Origin: Bugula neritina
Taxonomy: Eukaryota > Animalia > Bryozoa
Assembly (NCBI GenBank): GCA_964035545.1
Contig: OZ037767.1
Coordinates: forward strand, 24,134,628 to 24,198,627
DNA: 64,000 nt
Direction of reading: 5' to 3'
How positions within the stretch are numbered: position 1 is the first letter of the stretch; each line of letters starts with the position of its first letter. The notes under the pieces were generated by a model. The model was not told where the DNA came from. It searched no databases and saw nothing but the letters and a program-made list of their open reading frames with translations. Below are positions 25,035 to 37,466 of this stretch, piece after piece. Made by a program: the position numbers and the translations under genes.

Positions 25035-26885
25035 CAGGAATGTAGTGGTACCCATACGGTCCCATACGCCGTATGGCCTAGAAGAAAATAGACTGTTCTA
25101 GGCCATATGCCCGTATGGGCATATTTTTAAAAGATGACTAGTGCACAGGATAGTTGGGGCAGAGTGGTATATATTAGGAGTGTTGACTTTAAGAAATCTT
25201 ACGGAATCATATGGGCGCCATTATGCCGAGATTGGTACCGCGAGTTTATATAAGTTATAAAGAAAAAATTTTGCCACTTTTGTTATTATATTTTTTTTCT
25301 ATTTTATGTGTACATTTTTTTTAGGTTTGTTTATTGGTAAAGTTTTTAAACACATTTTTAATGCACATATTATGCAGCTATCAACATTCCATCTTCTTAT
25401 CTCTACGTGTTCACTGAAGCGCGAAGTGCTTTGCATTGGTGATTACTAAGGAAAAAATATTTCATTTCAGTGTATAAATCACTAACTTGTAAAAAATCTA
25501 TGAAGGCTATTGAAAAGATCAAAAAAATTTTCCGTGCATAAATTTCTCAGGATTCCGACAGTGTTTGTTCTATTCAAATACCATACTTTCCTGCTGAGAT
25601 ATTTGGCAGGGATTGAAAAATAAATTTTTCAGGTAAAATTGGTTAAAAATGGGTAGATTTTTGTCTATAACTTTGCAAAAAAATATTGAAAACTCAAAAA
25701 AGCAGGTGCTCTGAGGAAGAGGAAGATCTAAAACAAGATTTTTAAATTTTAATTCTAGCACAATTAAGTGAGGTTTTATTTGGCAGGACTGAATTCTTAT
25801 AATATACCAATAATGTGGCCTCAGCAAGGCAGTGACAGCTATAGAAGGTTGCCCTTATCTATCTTGTGTGGACTTGTATTTTGTCAATAAGCAATGGAAT
25901 TTGTAAAAAACCAACATGAAATCCAGAAATAAAATCAAAATGTCTTCAAGAAACAGTACCAGGTGTGTAGGAGAGGCTAATGAAAATTTATCACTGAGGT
26001 CTACAGGTACTATATCCACATTTTGGTCAAAAACCTAGCGTTATTGCATGTTAATTATTAATGCAATAAGGTTTTGCAAACTGTACACCACCATAAGTAG
26101 CCTTTTATGTTTGATTGTACTAAATCTTCTAGGTTAACACATATTAAACCAGTCAAATTTGTTCTTTTGGGGTATATTTCCTTGATGTATCTAGTGGAAG
26201 CTCAGGGGTTTTATTTTAAAACCGAGTTAACATACTTTTCTTGGGTGTGCTTTATTGTGTGTAAGGAGATGTGGCGGCATTACCTTATGGATTAGACTAG
26301 TACTCTAATAAACTCCAAATAGGCTCTCAACCAATTTCTGCTTGCCAATGAGTTATCAATTCAAATTGCCCTTTATAAATAACCAACACATATTTTCTGA
26401 TTTGCAATCTGCCTCTCTTCTGATCTATTATTCTTTTTCTGTGCACGTCAGTCTATCAGGTTGCGTTTGGAGAGCACTTGTTACCTGCCTCTATCCTTCC
26501 ATCTTTTTGAGATATTCAGCAATTTTTCTGTACAGGTTGGACTCAGTGTCAGAACAAACCTAACTGCAGTTGAGTAAGACTACATTACATTACATTACAG
26601 TCAACAGGTATGGGACAAGACTGAATATTTATATAGTTTGCAGCAATGCCCAGTCGTGTAGCTGGTATGGTATGAAAATAATAGCGAGGTGCACATTTCA
26701 ACACAGATTTTTTTCAGAAGAATTATAATTCACAATGGCTTTAAATTGCATAAATTTGCATCAGAAGCGCTCTGAGGGCTTCGGCAGCCGGGGCGCTGCC
26801 CCGGACCCCGCCGGGGGGCCTGGGCGGCCCCCTGGACCCCCGGCCTGAGAGTATGGCCTAAAATATTTTTGCCACTACATCCCTG
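25035..26885. mobile_element. Non-autonomous hAT DNA transposon (1851 bp)
   Basis: TIRs CAGGAATGTAGTGG / CCACTACATCCCTG. 8-bp TSD GTGGTATA (25027-25034, 26886-26893). The empty site is visible at the next repeat junction (~27265). Subterminal CCCATACG/CCGTATGG repeats and a GC-rich tract at 26778-26845. No transposase ORF seen. Confidence 0.92.
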
Positions 26886-27618
26886 GTGGTATAGTATAGT
26901 ATTTCACAGGTCATACTTGTAAGATATTCCATCAGCTTGCTGCTGAGGTTTGCCTGTCTCCTTGGAACATTCAGTAAGATGACTGCTGTGACAGGTTGAT
27001 GTAATGATACATTATTATAATATCTGCTCCATCACGGTATGTAGACTACACTGTATCTGCAAAATTCAAGAAAGAATACATATTTTGAAAGCAATGGACT
27101 TGTTCCTTGAAATATGTAAATTTACATGAGCTAGGCGCCGTAATGCTACATGGAAACTGCTTTAAACAGGAATGCATTAATATACCAAATGTATAATTTC
27201 TAGCTCTTTGAATAATGCAAATATAATATGCTTTATAGTAATATGGTATCACATACAAGTGATTGTGGTATAGTATAGTATTTCACAAGTCATACTTTTA
27301 AGATATTCCACCAGCTTGCTGCTGAGGTTTGCCTGTCTCCTTGAAACGCTCTGTAAGATGACTGCTGTGACAGGTTGATGTAATGATACATTATTATAAT
27401 ATCTGCTCCATCACGGTATGTAGACTACACTGTATCTGCAAAATTCAAGAAAGAATACATATTTTGAAAGCAATGGACTTGTTCCTTGAAATATGTAAAT
27501 TTACATGAGCTAGGCGCCGTAATGCTACATGGAAACTGCTTTAAACAGGAATGCATTAATATACCAAACGTATAATTTCTAGCTCTTTGAATAACGCAAA
27601 TAATTATAATATGCTTTA

Positions 27619-27979
27619 AGGCCTGGCTCGCTATCGTGAGAATCACACGAAATCTAATGACGATTTTCGTGAATTATCCTCTCGTTATGACCAGCCACAC
27701 ACAAAATAAATAGTCCGTGTATGAGTCTTGCAGGAGGTACAAACAGCAGAAAATTGCCAAATAGAGAAACGTGGTAGAAATGAAATAATTACTGTTGCTA
27801 AAATTCTATTGACCAATCAAATGGTACTTATCGTCGACTTTGATTTTTCGTTCATCGTCATCGTTGTGTACACCCAACGGAGACAATTTCATTTGAATTC
27901 CTTCAAATTTTCTTGTACGAATGTTTTTCGTGTGAAATAAACGATATCGTGTGACTCTCACGATCGTGAGGCCAGGCCT
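27619..27979. mobile_element. PIF/Harbinger-type MITE (361 bp)
   Basis: ~35-bp imperfect TIRs starting AGGCCTGG, 3-bp TSD TTA. The empty site TGCTTTATAGTAAT is present in the other two repeat units. Confidence 0.9.
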
Positions 27980-30900
27980 TTAAAGTAATATGGTATTATA
28001 TACAAGTAATTGTGGTATAGGGATAATTTTACGTACATGCCTAGTTCACTTGACTGGGATTTGTAACTTTAACCTCTTCTTACATGAACATTCATTGGTG
28101 AACAAACATGAATGAAATGGGCTGTATATATTTATTCGGTCATACTAACATTAAGGATGATATTCAATATTTATATACTTGATAAATAATACAGATTTGA
28201 TATAACATAGTGTTTACTTTGCTTATAAAACTCATTATTTACAAAAGTCAACACCTGAACAACAACTAATACATATTATTATGTTATATAATTGTTGTTG
28301 TAAAACATATATTTTAGCTTATACCTCCTACAGACTACAGCCGAAACTGGACTGTGATCGCGTTTAAATTATTACATTATTACTTTCTTCTAAACTTACT
28401 TGGTTGATCAATGAAATTAGAGTCATCGCTAATACCCTGAGAACTCAAAACTCAGTCAAGGAGATTGGCTATAAAAGGCAGCACAGAGGCAGCAATAGTT
28501 AGTTAACAAAGGTTTTGGAAGGTCAGCGATTGGCAATTGTTAGCGGCTGGAAGAGTTGGCAAAGTTCAGCGATTGGAAGAATTATAGTGTGGCACAATTT
28601 ATATATTAAATTGTTATATTAATATACACCTTTTAGACTTAAAAATGTTACAGTGAGTAAATCGATACATATTTTTTTCTGTTAAGAGTGGTGTATTAAT
28701 TTTTTCCTATTACCTATTTTGTTGTTATATAAATTGTACATGAAGAAACCATTGTTGAAATTGAGGAATTTATTTAAAGCGGCACAAATTATGTTTGAAG
28801 AAACTATCTTGAAATCATTTGATCTTTAAAACTACACAAATTTATGTTTAAAAGGCTTATTAATTTTTGTGGCCAGTATATTATATAGCAAGATTTCAAA
28901 AAATCACTAGAATTTGTTTTATTTCTTTTGGGTTTGGTTATTACAATATTTTATTACTCTCGAAACTTTTGCTTTCATATTATTATTAAATAGATATATA
29001 AATGTATACAAAACTCATAGTTTCATTCTTCCGGAGAGAGAGGTACTAAATTTATAGCCTGAGTGCTACCATTACACAATATACATAGAACCACACATTG
29101 TTTATGCATGAATAATGTTGACAAACCAAACCATAAGCAAAAATTTGTCAAATGAAAATAACTCCTATCTTCATTCCATAATCAAATGCAAACTGGATTA
29201 CACACACAAAATTTTTAATGCAAAATTATCAAGTAATAACAAAATTATTACTTAATTCCTTAGATCAATTCTCATTAATTAAGTTCAGTTGAAAATTTGT
29301 TTTAATAAATTTATTATTATTATTATTGTTTTTATTTTCTATTTTATTTTCGTTAGACAATAACATACAGAAGTGCAGAAATACATTTGGCAGCACCATA
29401 AATTTAAAGATTTTACATCATCAATTGCTTAATAGAGCACTAAAAAAAAAAAATCCTTAAATGAGCAGCCTGAGTTCTATTATTATGGTTGCTAGGAATT
29501 ACAAGCTCGCCATACAGAAAAACTGAGCTGGAAACTGCTTGACGCAACAAAATATCAAGAATCACTTGGCGCAGGGGTTGAGGGCATCGACATTGAATTC
29601 AAGAATCTATACAAACACTGCACTTGATGACTCCTTACTTTGTGCTGCTTCTAGAAGTTCTCAGCAAAAGGTGTGCAATGAGGGTTCAAACCACTTGTTG
29701 AGTAAATATAAAGTTCTCACACCTCATAATATGATTGTATAAACATATATTGAAGTCTATTTAGATTTTGAATATAATATTTTAATTTTATACTTGCACT
29801 GTCTGGTCACTTGACTAAAATACTTGAATGCCAGTCAACATTTTATGCAAAGCAGCCGTTTTACTGAAGGCTAACCTACGCAGGATTGTCAGAAGTGAGG
29901 AGAATGTTGACAGGTGGTTGGATTGGAAAGTTTAATTAGTTTAAACTGTAGTTTACTACAATTGAATTGCAACACAGCATGCATGCTATGCAGACTATTT
30001 AGTAATGATGTTTATTTTATTTCAAATGAATCATCAAAATATTTTTGACAGGCAAGTCCTGTAAACCTACGTACATGAGAATTCGTCCCATTTTTTGAAC
30101 CTTCATTTTTACAATATGACACTTTCTAGGAATTTGCGTAGATGTGGAAGTTTTCATGTATGCTTTGTTTAATAGTTCTACAATGATTATAAAACAAACA
30201 ACTCGTATTATAGTTGTAAAAAGATTTCACTTTTTTCAGTTTTAAAAGCATTATAGCTTCGGTGAAAAATTATAGCAAGAAAAAGCATCTTTCTGTGAAG
30301 CAATATAAACTTAAATTCCAAATTATTTAAACAAAATTTTGAAAGTTACAGCTAAGTAAAATACCCTGAATCATGATCATATTGCAGCTAAATTAAATTG
30401 CTATGTAATCTTACAACCTGATTGAATAAGCCGCTACATAGCAATGACAGCGAATGCATGCACCATGTCATTTTAGCTGTCTTTTGTAGTATGAATAGTT
30501 ATTTACCCATTTTAGATATCTCAAGCATTCTAAAAATAAATGGCTAAATCAAAAATTATTGGTAACTAAAGCTAAACTGAAAAAAATATTTTGCATTATA
30601 TTATAGACAAAAATTATGTAATAATGTCACGTGACTTAACAGCAGATGATGCAACTGTTAGCCCAGGTTATAATGACCATGCGTCCATAGTTTCTAACTG
30701 CAAATTGCCAGCACAACTTGAAGCTCAATTTATACTTTCATAAGCAAAAATTTACAAGTTCAAATGACTCATTGTGTTATATAAGCTTTTTCCTACATAG
30801 CAATCCTAAATTAGGGTGCATGAAATGACTGCTTTTTTAATGAGAAGACAATTTCTGTTCTGAGATTTTTCATTAAATGTGTTAGTAAAGCTTTTATACG

Positions 30901-31964
30901 TCATGCCGTTTAATTTATGAGGAAGCCTGGTTTAATAAACTTTATCGAAATGCTGTTAATTTCTAACATAGCTTTCAAATTTAAATTACTACACGTTTAT
31001 ACCTCAGTTTCGACATTAATATGATGCTCTTCCATACAAATATTTAATAGAATATATAGACCAGAGCAATAGCGCTATGAGTTCGAATCCTAACAAGTAT
31101 AACTTAATAAATAGATTAGAAATGATAAATCCCTATTTATACTATAACAGTATCACTTGTGTAAAACGATGCCGTCATTTGTTTGGTTTTAGATGTTTAT
31201 TTAGGAGCATAAAATTTGGGCTCTATAGATAAACAGCTGTTTTATAGCTACTTGAAAGACATTTTTTTGCTACAACTGTCTACCAGGACTCAGCAAATTA
31301 GTCATTTTTGTTTTTACAGTGTCCAGTTGCTTTTTGTTTATAGTTTTTGTTTAATCACTGCTTGGGTAACGGTATTGGTTACATAGCAGCATGCGCAAGA
31401 ACTAACAACAGAATATCAAATATAATACGCTTTGAAACCTAAATAATACAAGCATACAACTAGCTACAGCCTAAATAGTTATACATGATGCATTGCGAAA
31501 TATAAGTAGACGTGTGCATGGCGGCAAAATTTTATTTTGTGAAAATTGAAAAAATAGACAAAAAAAATTGCGTTACACAATGATTATTATAGGCTACATA
31601 GAGTTGCACATTCATAAATTAGGTGCTGAGTTTATTAGAGTAGAGAAGCACTTTATGCTATGACAAGACTGATACGATATGGCAAATTACATATAACAGT
31701 TATATAGGAATATTTATAGTTGTAGAGTTGTCTTTTCTACTGCAAATGTGTCGATAACAGCAGTAGGTGTTTTAGTTTACACCATTCATAAATGCAATTA
31801 AATAATACAACAATTTTACATATCTGATCATTCCTATACTTAAAAAAATATAAGCAGCAATACAACATATATAATATAATATAATGATATAAAAATCAAT
31901 ATAATTATATTGAATAGTCTACACCAAGATGCACATGGCCAATGCCTGGCTAGCCAGAATGACT

Positions 31965-34377
31965 TTACCAGTAACTCTTCTGGCAGAGAGACGAAATCGG
32001 TGTACTTGCTGCACACTTCTTTGAACGAAAACTAGAATCTCTTTTATCTATCTTCATGCAGTCATCATCGATGCGAAAATGCTTCATACTAGCGTAAGCC
32101 ATGTTTACTGGAGAGTTGTCGTCCCACATAAACACATCTTCCTTTCTGTAGCCCCCAAGTAAGATGAACTTAGCATTCCAGTCTAAAGTAGGAAATAGAA
32201 TCAAATGTCCCTGCTACCCACAAAGTACACTATTTCCTAAGTCTTAGCTATGAATACATATAACAGCTAATGGTCCTTGCTCTGTCAACACTTGCTAGTA
32301 TGGTGGAAGTAGTATTAGCAGCAGCAAAAGCAACAGTAGTAGTGAATAAACATTAACTTTGCTAAAACCAAATTATTTTCTCACTGTTTGCAACCATAAT
32401 TATTGCTGTTTGCCAAAAAAGTATTTTCACTGAGTATATATCAAGTGAAATGGAAAATATTTTGACTGCATGTGCTTTACAAAATCTGTGTTAGTTTAGC
32501 AGTAGTGGGGGGATAGAATATCATAGTAACCATCATGTTAAAACTGTATTTACTATCCACTCAATGGCACTATGTAATACTTGCTGAAGATCAACCAGGG
32601 TTTAACACTGCATATTACATGCAATATACATGTGCTATACAGTGTGAATAATTGTTGTGCAAAAGTTGAAATAAACCTGTAGTGTTGGCCCAAAAATCAA
32701 TTAACCAGCTCCTGGATTGGGTGGTCTTCAGCATTGCCAGTGTTCCACCTTTCATCTCACAGTTCAACTGAGCAACAGCATGATGCAACAATTTCTGTTC
32801 AAACCAGAAGCACTGGCCACTTGCAGGGTTTCGGATCCATCCATCATCACACTGAGGAGTTTCTGCAAGTATAAATGTACCGTCTTACTGCACTCAAGCT
32901 ATTTTATTTCAAGTTACTATAATGCATATGAAAATACACACGGACTAGTATACTTCCTTTTGCAAGTTTTTATATATGTTTTCTTGCAATAAATCTAACT
33001 ATTATGATTATTTCAACTCAATTGACCTTTTAATTATAAAGTTTGGAGTAGCTTTTGTTATACAATATATTTATTCTCACCACAGCCTATTACCTGCAAA
33101 CACTCAGGTTTTAAATCTTCTATACTTTTATACTATGCATTTTAAATAAATATTAAAACTATTATAGCTAAAATGTTTGAATTTTAATCAATTAGTTGTG
33201 AATGTGTTTCTATTGTTACAAGGATGTGCTACTTTTGTTTTACATAAGTATTACCTTTTCTATACAGATAAATGTTTTACCTTTGTTATACATTAAGTAG
33301 CCATAGCTGGCTGAGGAGTTAGCTATGTCAACAGAAAGGTGTGTTGAGAGTTGGCAAACTTTAGAATTAGCTGAGATGTTGACAGCAAATGCTTCACACT
33401 TCCTGCTGCTCAGACACAAAGCAGCGCACTCTATTCTACTTGCTGCCGAGACATTGACATACACATCCAACAACTTTCCACTTTTGGCCAAGACAAAGTT
33501 TTCTGTTATTTCTGCTTTTCCCAACTAGAAAAAGAGCACAGTTTAAATAACTAGCCTGCAGTTCTGAGTAATATAAACTGTTTGCACTACAGTAAAAAAC
33601 AATCAATATATAGTATTTTCTCTTTAAAAAGTAAAGTCGCAGGGAATTTTATTTGTCCTGTAAAATGTTATTTATATCTTTATGAATTTCTGGCAGCTCT
33701 CAATTTACCAATAACCTACATGTGATATTTTAGTGATATGTTTGTTATAATTGTTACATATTGAGACACTCCACTGTGTCGTTAAGTGAAACACCCTTTA
33801 AATATTGCAGAAGCTCAATAAAAATGTAAAATGTTTTTTCTAACAGGAAAGTGATCAAGTTGCGTGTTACATGCATCAGTGAAAAATAGCATGGAATGAA
33901 AATTTCCAATAATTACTAGTAGTTTTGAAATACCGCATAATTTAGAACCGACTGGAAACGTCATGTGCAAGTGAACAGAAATTTCCAATTATTTCAGCAC
34001 ATAGGTGCATAAAATTTATTATAAAACAAAGCTGTTTAAGGATACAACTTTAAAAAAGTATTTAGATTGATTGATTTATTTATTTATTGCATATCACAGA
34101 TATGAAAACATGTTGCAAAATTCAATGTAAATATAGGCCTACTGGCATTAATAACTAGACATGGACAAAAGTAAAAAAAAAATTCAGAGCTCTGTATAAG
34201 ATTATTTAAAATAAAAAAAAAAATATATATATATAATCTCACAACGGATTTTCAAGCAGTTGGACCTGCAGCAAATCCGGGTATAGTGTGGCCCTACGTT
34301 GCCTGGTAGCTTACCTTCAATGAGTGAATCCCTAATATAGCTGGAACCAGACAGTGTAATACCAATGAAAATTTCAT
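31965..34377 (-). CDS. Secreted PAN/apple domain + C-type lectin-like domain protein, 236 aa, 4 exons
   Basis: Exons: 34377-34315 (signal-peptide-like MKFSLVLHCLVPAILGIHSLK); 33524-33281 (PAN pattern ECAALCLSSRKCEAF...CQL); 32862-32677 (CDDGWIRNPASGQCFWF...AQLNCEMKGGTLAML); 32182-31965 (FILLGG...FMWDDNSPV...DCMKI...KKC...LCQK). Phases 0,1,1 are compatible. Confidence 0.88.
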
Positions 34378-37164
34378 ATTTTACTTTCTAGAACCTTTTG
34401 CACACTTGAGCCGTGCAAAAACAAAACAACTCGCTGGTTGAAGACAGTCTTAAACCACCTCTAAACTGTACTTTCGCTATGCTAAGAATAGAATGCATAC
34501 ACAAAATGAAGCAAAATAATTTCCATCTTACCACTAGTCATTGATGTATAAATCTCTTTATTTGCATTGAAATGGTTTGATTGAAATAGGTTTAGTAGTA
34601 TAGTATTATGAAATATAAAAACCAATAAACTTATGATGTTATTGCTGAAGCAACAGAGAACGTTGACCTGTGTCATCTTCATATTAAGTTTTCAAGTGGC
34701 CTATAATCCTATACTGCCATCATTCTGTTACCTTGTGAACAGATATATTTTACTTGTAAAATTTTCTTAGATCTATATTCTATTCTATATGATATAGGCT
34801 GCTCTAGAAGATGTCATTTTATCCAATCTATTTGTTGATTATATCAGCTTCTTAAAAGTTCAATAACATGATATGTATTCAACATAAGTGCCCATTGATT
34901 GTAGTGCACTATAAAACAATCTCTTTCCAATACAAAACTGTGTAAACTGCATATATTACTTTCTATTACTGATTAAACAGCCATCAGTGCTATACTAGGT
35001 AACATTCATCTAAACGCTGATGATTATAAAACAGATGTACTGATCTAATACTCAGTACCATATAATATTCCCTGTCAACATTAACCCGACCAGTTTAATT
35101 TAATAACGTATACCTATAATTTCTGGAATAGTTGCAATCCTGTCTCTAAAAATTAGCATTGGCCTAGTTTATATTATCTGAAGTTGGCTAATGCAACTTT
35201 TTTAGCTATGAATTTGCAAACTGAATTGCAAATAGTAAAGAGTTTCAAGTCTGCTACTTTAGTGTCAGTTTAACTGTCATGTTGAGTTACAAGCAAAGAA
35301 ATAGATTCAGGAAATGTTGCCATTTCTTGAGTGAAAAAAATATTAGCTGTGTCAATAAAGGATTTCATGGCACACTGTAATGCTTGTGTGTAGAAAATAA
35401 CAAACAACAACACATCAAGTTATAAGAAAGTTGTTAAGAATGATGATAGTTATTGAACTGAATTGATTAATTAACTATTCCTTTTCAATCAGGAAATTTC
35501 AAATAATATAACAATATTGCAATAATTTAGCCAGTGCACCTTACAATGCACTGCGATCAGTTTGCATGCATGGTTATGATTCTACTAGAAACAGCTTAAA
35601 TCTATATAAACCATTTAAAGGAAAGAGGCAGAAATACAAAAATTACACTCGCTGGTTGATTTACATTATTCGAATGCTTCTAGTGAATTTAGGTGAAATA
35701 AAATTGGCTCTCTAAATAAATGCTTTCAAATAGCAAAAAAGCTGACACATGAACTGCTGTTTTGTGCAGGTGACTTATGAGTTACATGTATTCTCATAAT
35801 ACGGTTGTTTGTGTATTTTTAGATTTGAACTGCAGCACTTTTCAAAGTGCAATACAATATGTAAATCAAAAAGTAGGAGATATCCTCATGTATTAAATAC
35901 CATACAGCTGTTTTACTTCAAAAATATAATAAACTGCACTATGATCAACTGAAAGCAAGATACAAATAGGCCTGAAAGCAGTCTTTGTACATGTTGTTTG
36001 TTTTCAACTAAAACTGAACAGGATGTGCATGAATAATTGCCCTAATAAACTTCCATGAGTAGGTGTAATTACTACCTATTATTGTGGTTTCATTACCTTG
36101 TCATTTAATTAGACAAATATTAGTTTACTGTGAGATAATATTACTTTACCTAATGCATGCTAAAACCCATGTCAAGTGTGGTTTATAGTCTGCCAGTAAA
36201 GTGAAGCTTCTACTATTGGCTACAGAAAAATTTAAACTGAATGTAATCAAGATTGATTGAAATAAATGTCAACAACTGTTGAACCTGTAATGATTTGAAT
36301 AAAGTGCTATACAAATGGATTTTATAACATCAATATTAATTAGTTTATTAAAATGGGCAAGCTAGTTGACAAGTTATATAATTACAAAAAATTGAAATAA
36401 ATCTTTAGGAAAAATACAACATGATATGATACTGTTAGTTTATAATGATTATTAGGATAAACATATTTTTGACCAAGACTAATATTGTGTTTACCAGCTA
36501 TCTAGGGGTCTGAAGCTATACATTCAAAAAATGTTACTTATTGTTAATCTAACTCTTTTGAAAATGCAATGAAAAAATTTAATTAAATAAAGTAGGTTTG
36601 TACAAAGTAAAAATTATTATTTCAAAATTTAAATTAAAGTATTTAATTAAATTATTAAAACTTGCTATTATTGCTAATTACAGTAATTATTGAGTTATTA
36701 CTATGAGCATAAATTGTCTTTATCTTGGATTGAATATATACGAAAACAAACAACATGTACTTGATCAAAATAATAGCAGTTTTATTGTTTGCTTACGTGT
36801 TTTGATTACAGGAAATGAAGAATATCAAAATGCAAACAATAATAACAGAAGTCACTGTATAGTCTCAAATTGGTAAGATATATAGATTTATGCAACGAGT
36901 ATACAAATGCATTACTAAAGAAAACTTGTGGTAATTGTAAATGATGTAATAATATAATGCAATTATTGGAATATGAGATTATAGCTTTACTTACCTTATT
37001 TACCTGACATTTGAAAGACAGCTCCCCCTACACAAATGGCAAATATTCTTATCAGCTTAAGTTTACTTTGACACTTATTTACACAGAGTTTAAATGCATG
37101 TTGAAATAGTGTTCCTTATCTATTAGGTAGTCGGCCTGTTTGAAGTAACTGTAATTGACTTGGC

Positions 37165-37262
37165 TATATAAACAAGGATTCTCACGCATCTGAATACATA
37201 CAGAGAAATAGAAACTAAAGGCGTACACTTTACAAGAGTAGTGGCTGTTTTAACCTGTAAGT
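37165..37262 (+). promoter_or_regulatory. TATA box and non-coding first exon of the neuropeptide gene
   Basis: TATATAAA at 37165-37172, donor CT|GTAAGT at 37257, acceptor TTACAG at 37449 shortly before the ATG at 37467. Confidence 0.55.
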
Positions 37263-37466
37263 ACATTAATATTTATAAGATTATTTTTAATATTATAAAT
37301 AAACTAGTGTAAGTCTATAGCTTTAGTGACTTCTGATTGTGGTGCGCTTTATAAGCATCATTACTTAAAGTAGCACTTTGAAACTTCAGTTGAATAAATT
37401 TGTCGACTTGCACAGCAAATGGTTCTATTACTACAACCTTTACTTACAGATATACCAGCTGCTGAA

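Larger units (their letters stand above)
24657..28019 (+). repeat. Tandem triplication of a ~380-bp unit, interrupted by two transposons
   Basis: Near-identical units GTATTTCACA(A/G)GTCATACT...ATTGTGGTATA at ~24657-25034, ~26899-27272, and ~27278-27618 + 27980-28019. Confidence 0.92.

Noticed and set aside
27046-27646. Two near-identical ORFs of 70-73 aa
   Set aside because: A by-product of the recent tandem triplication; no recognisable domain or splice context.
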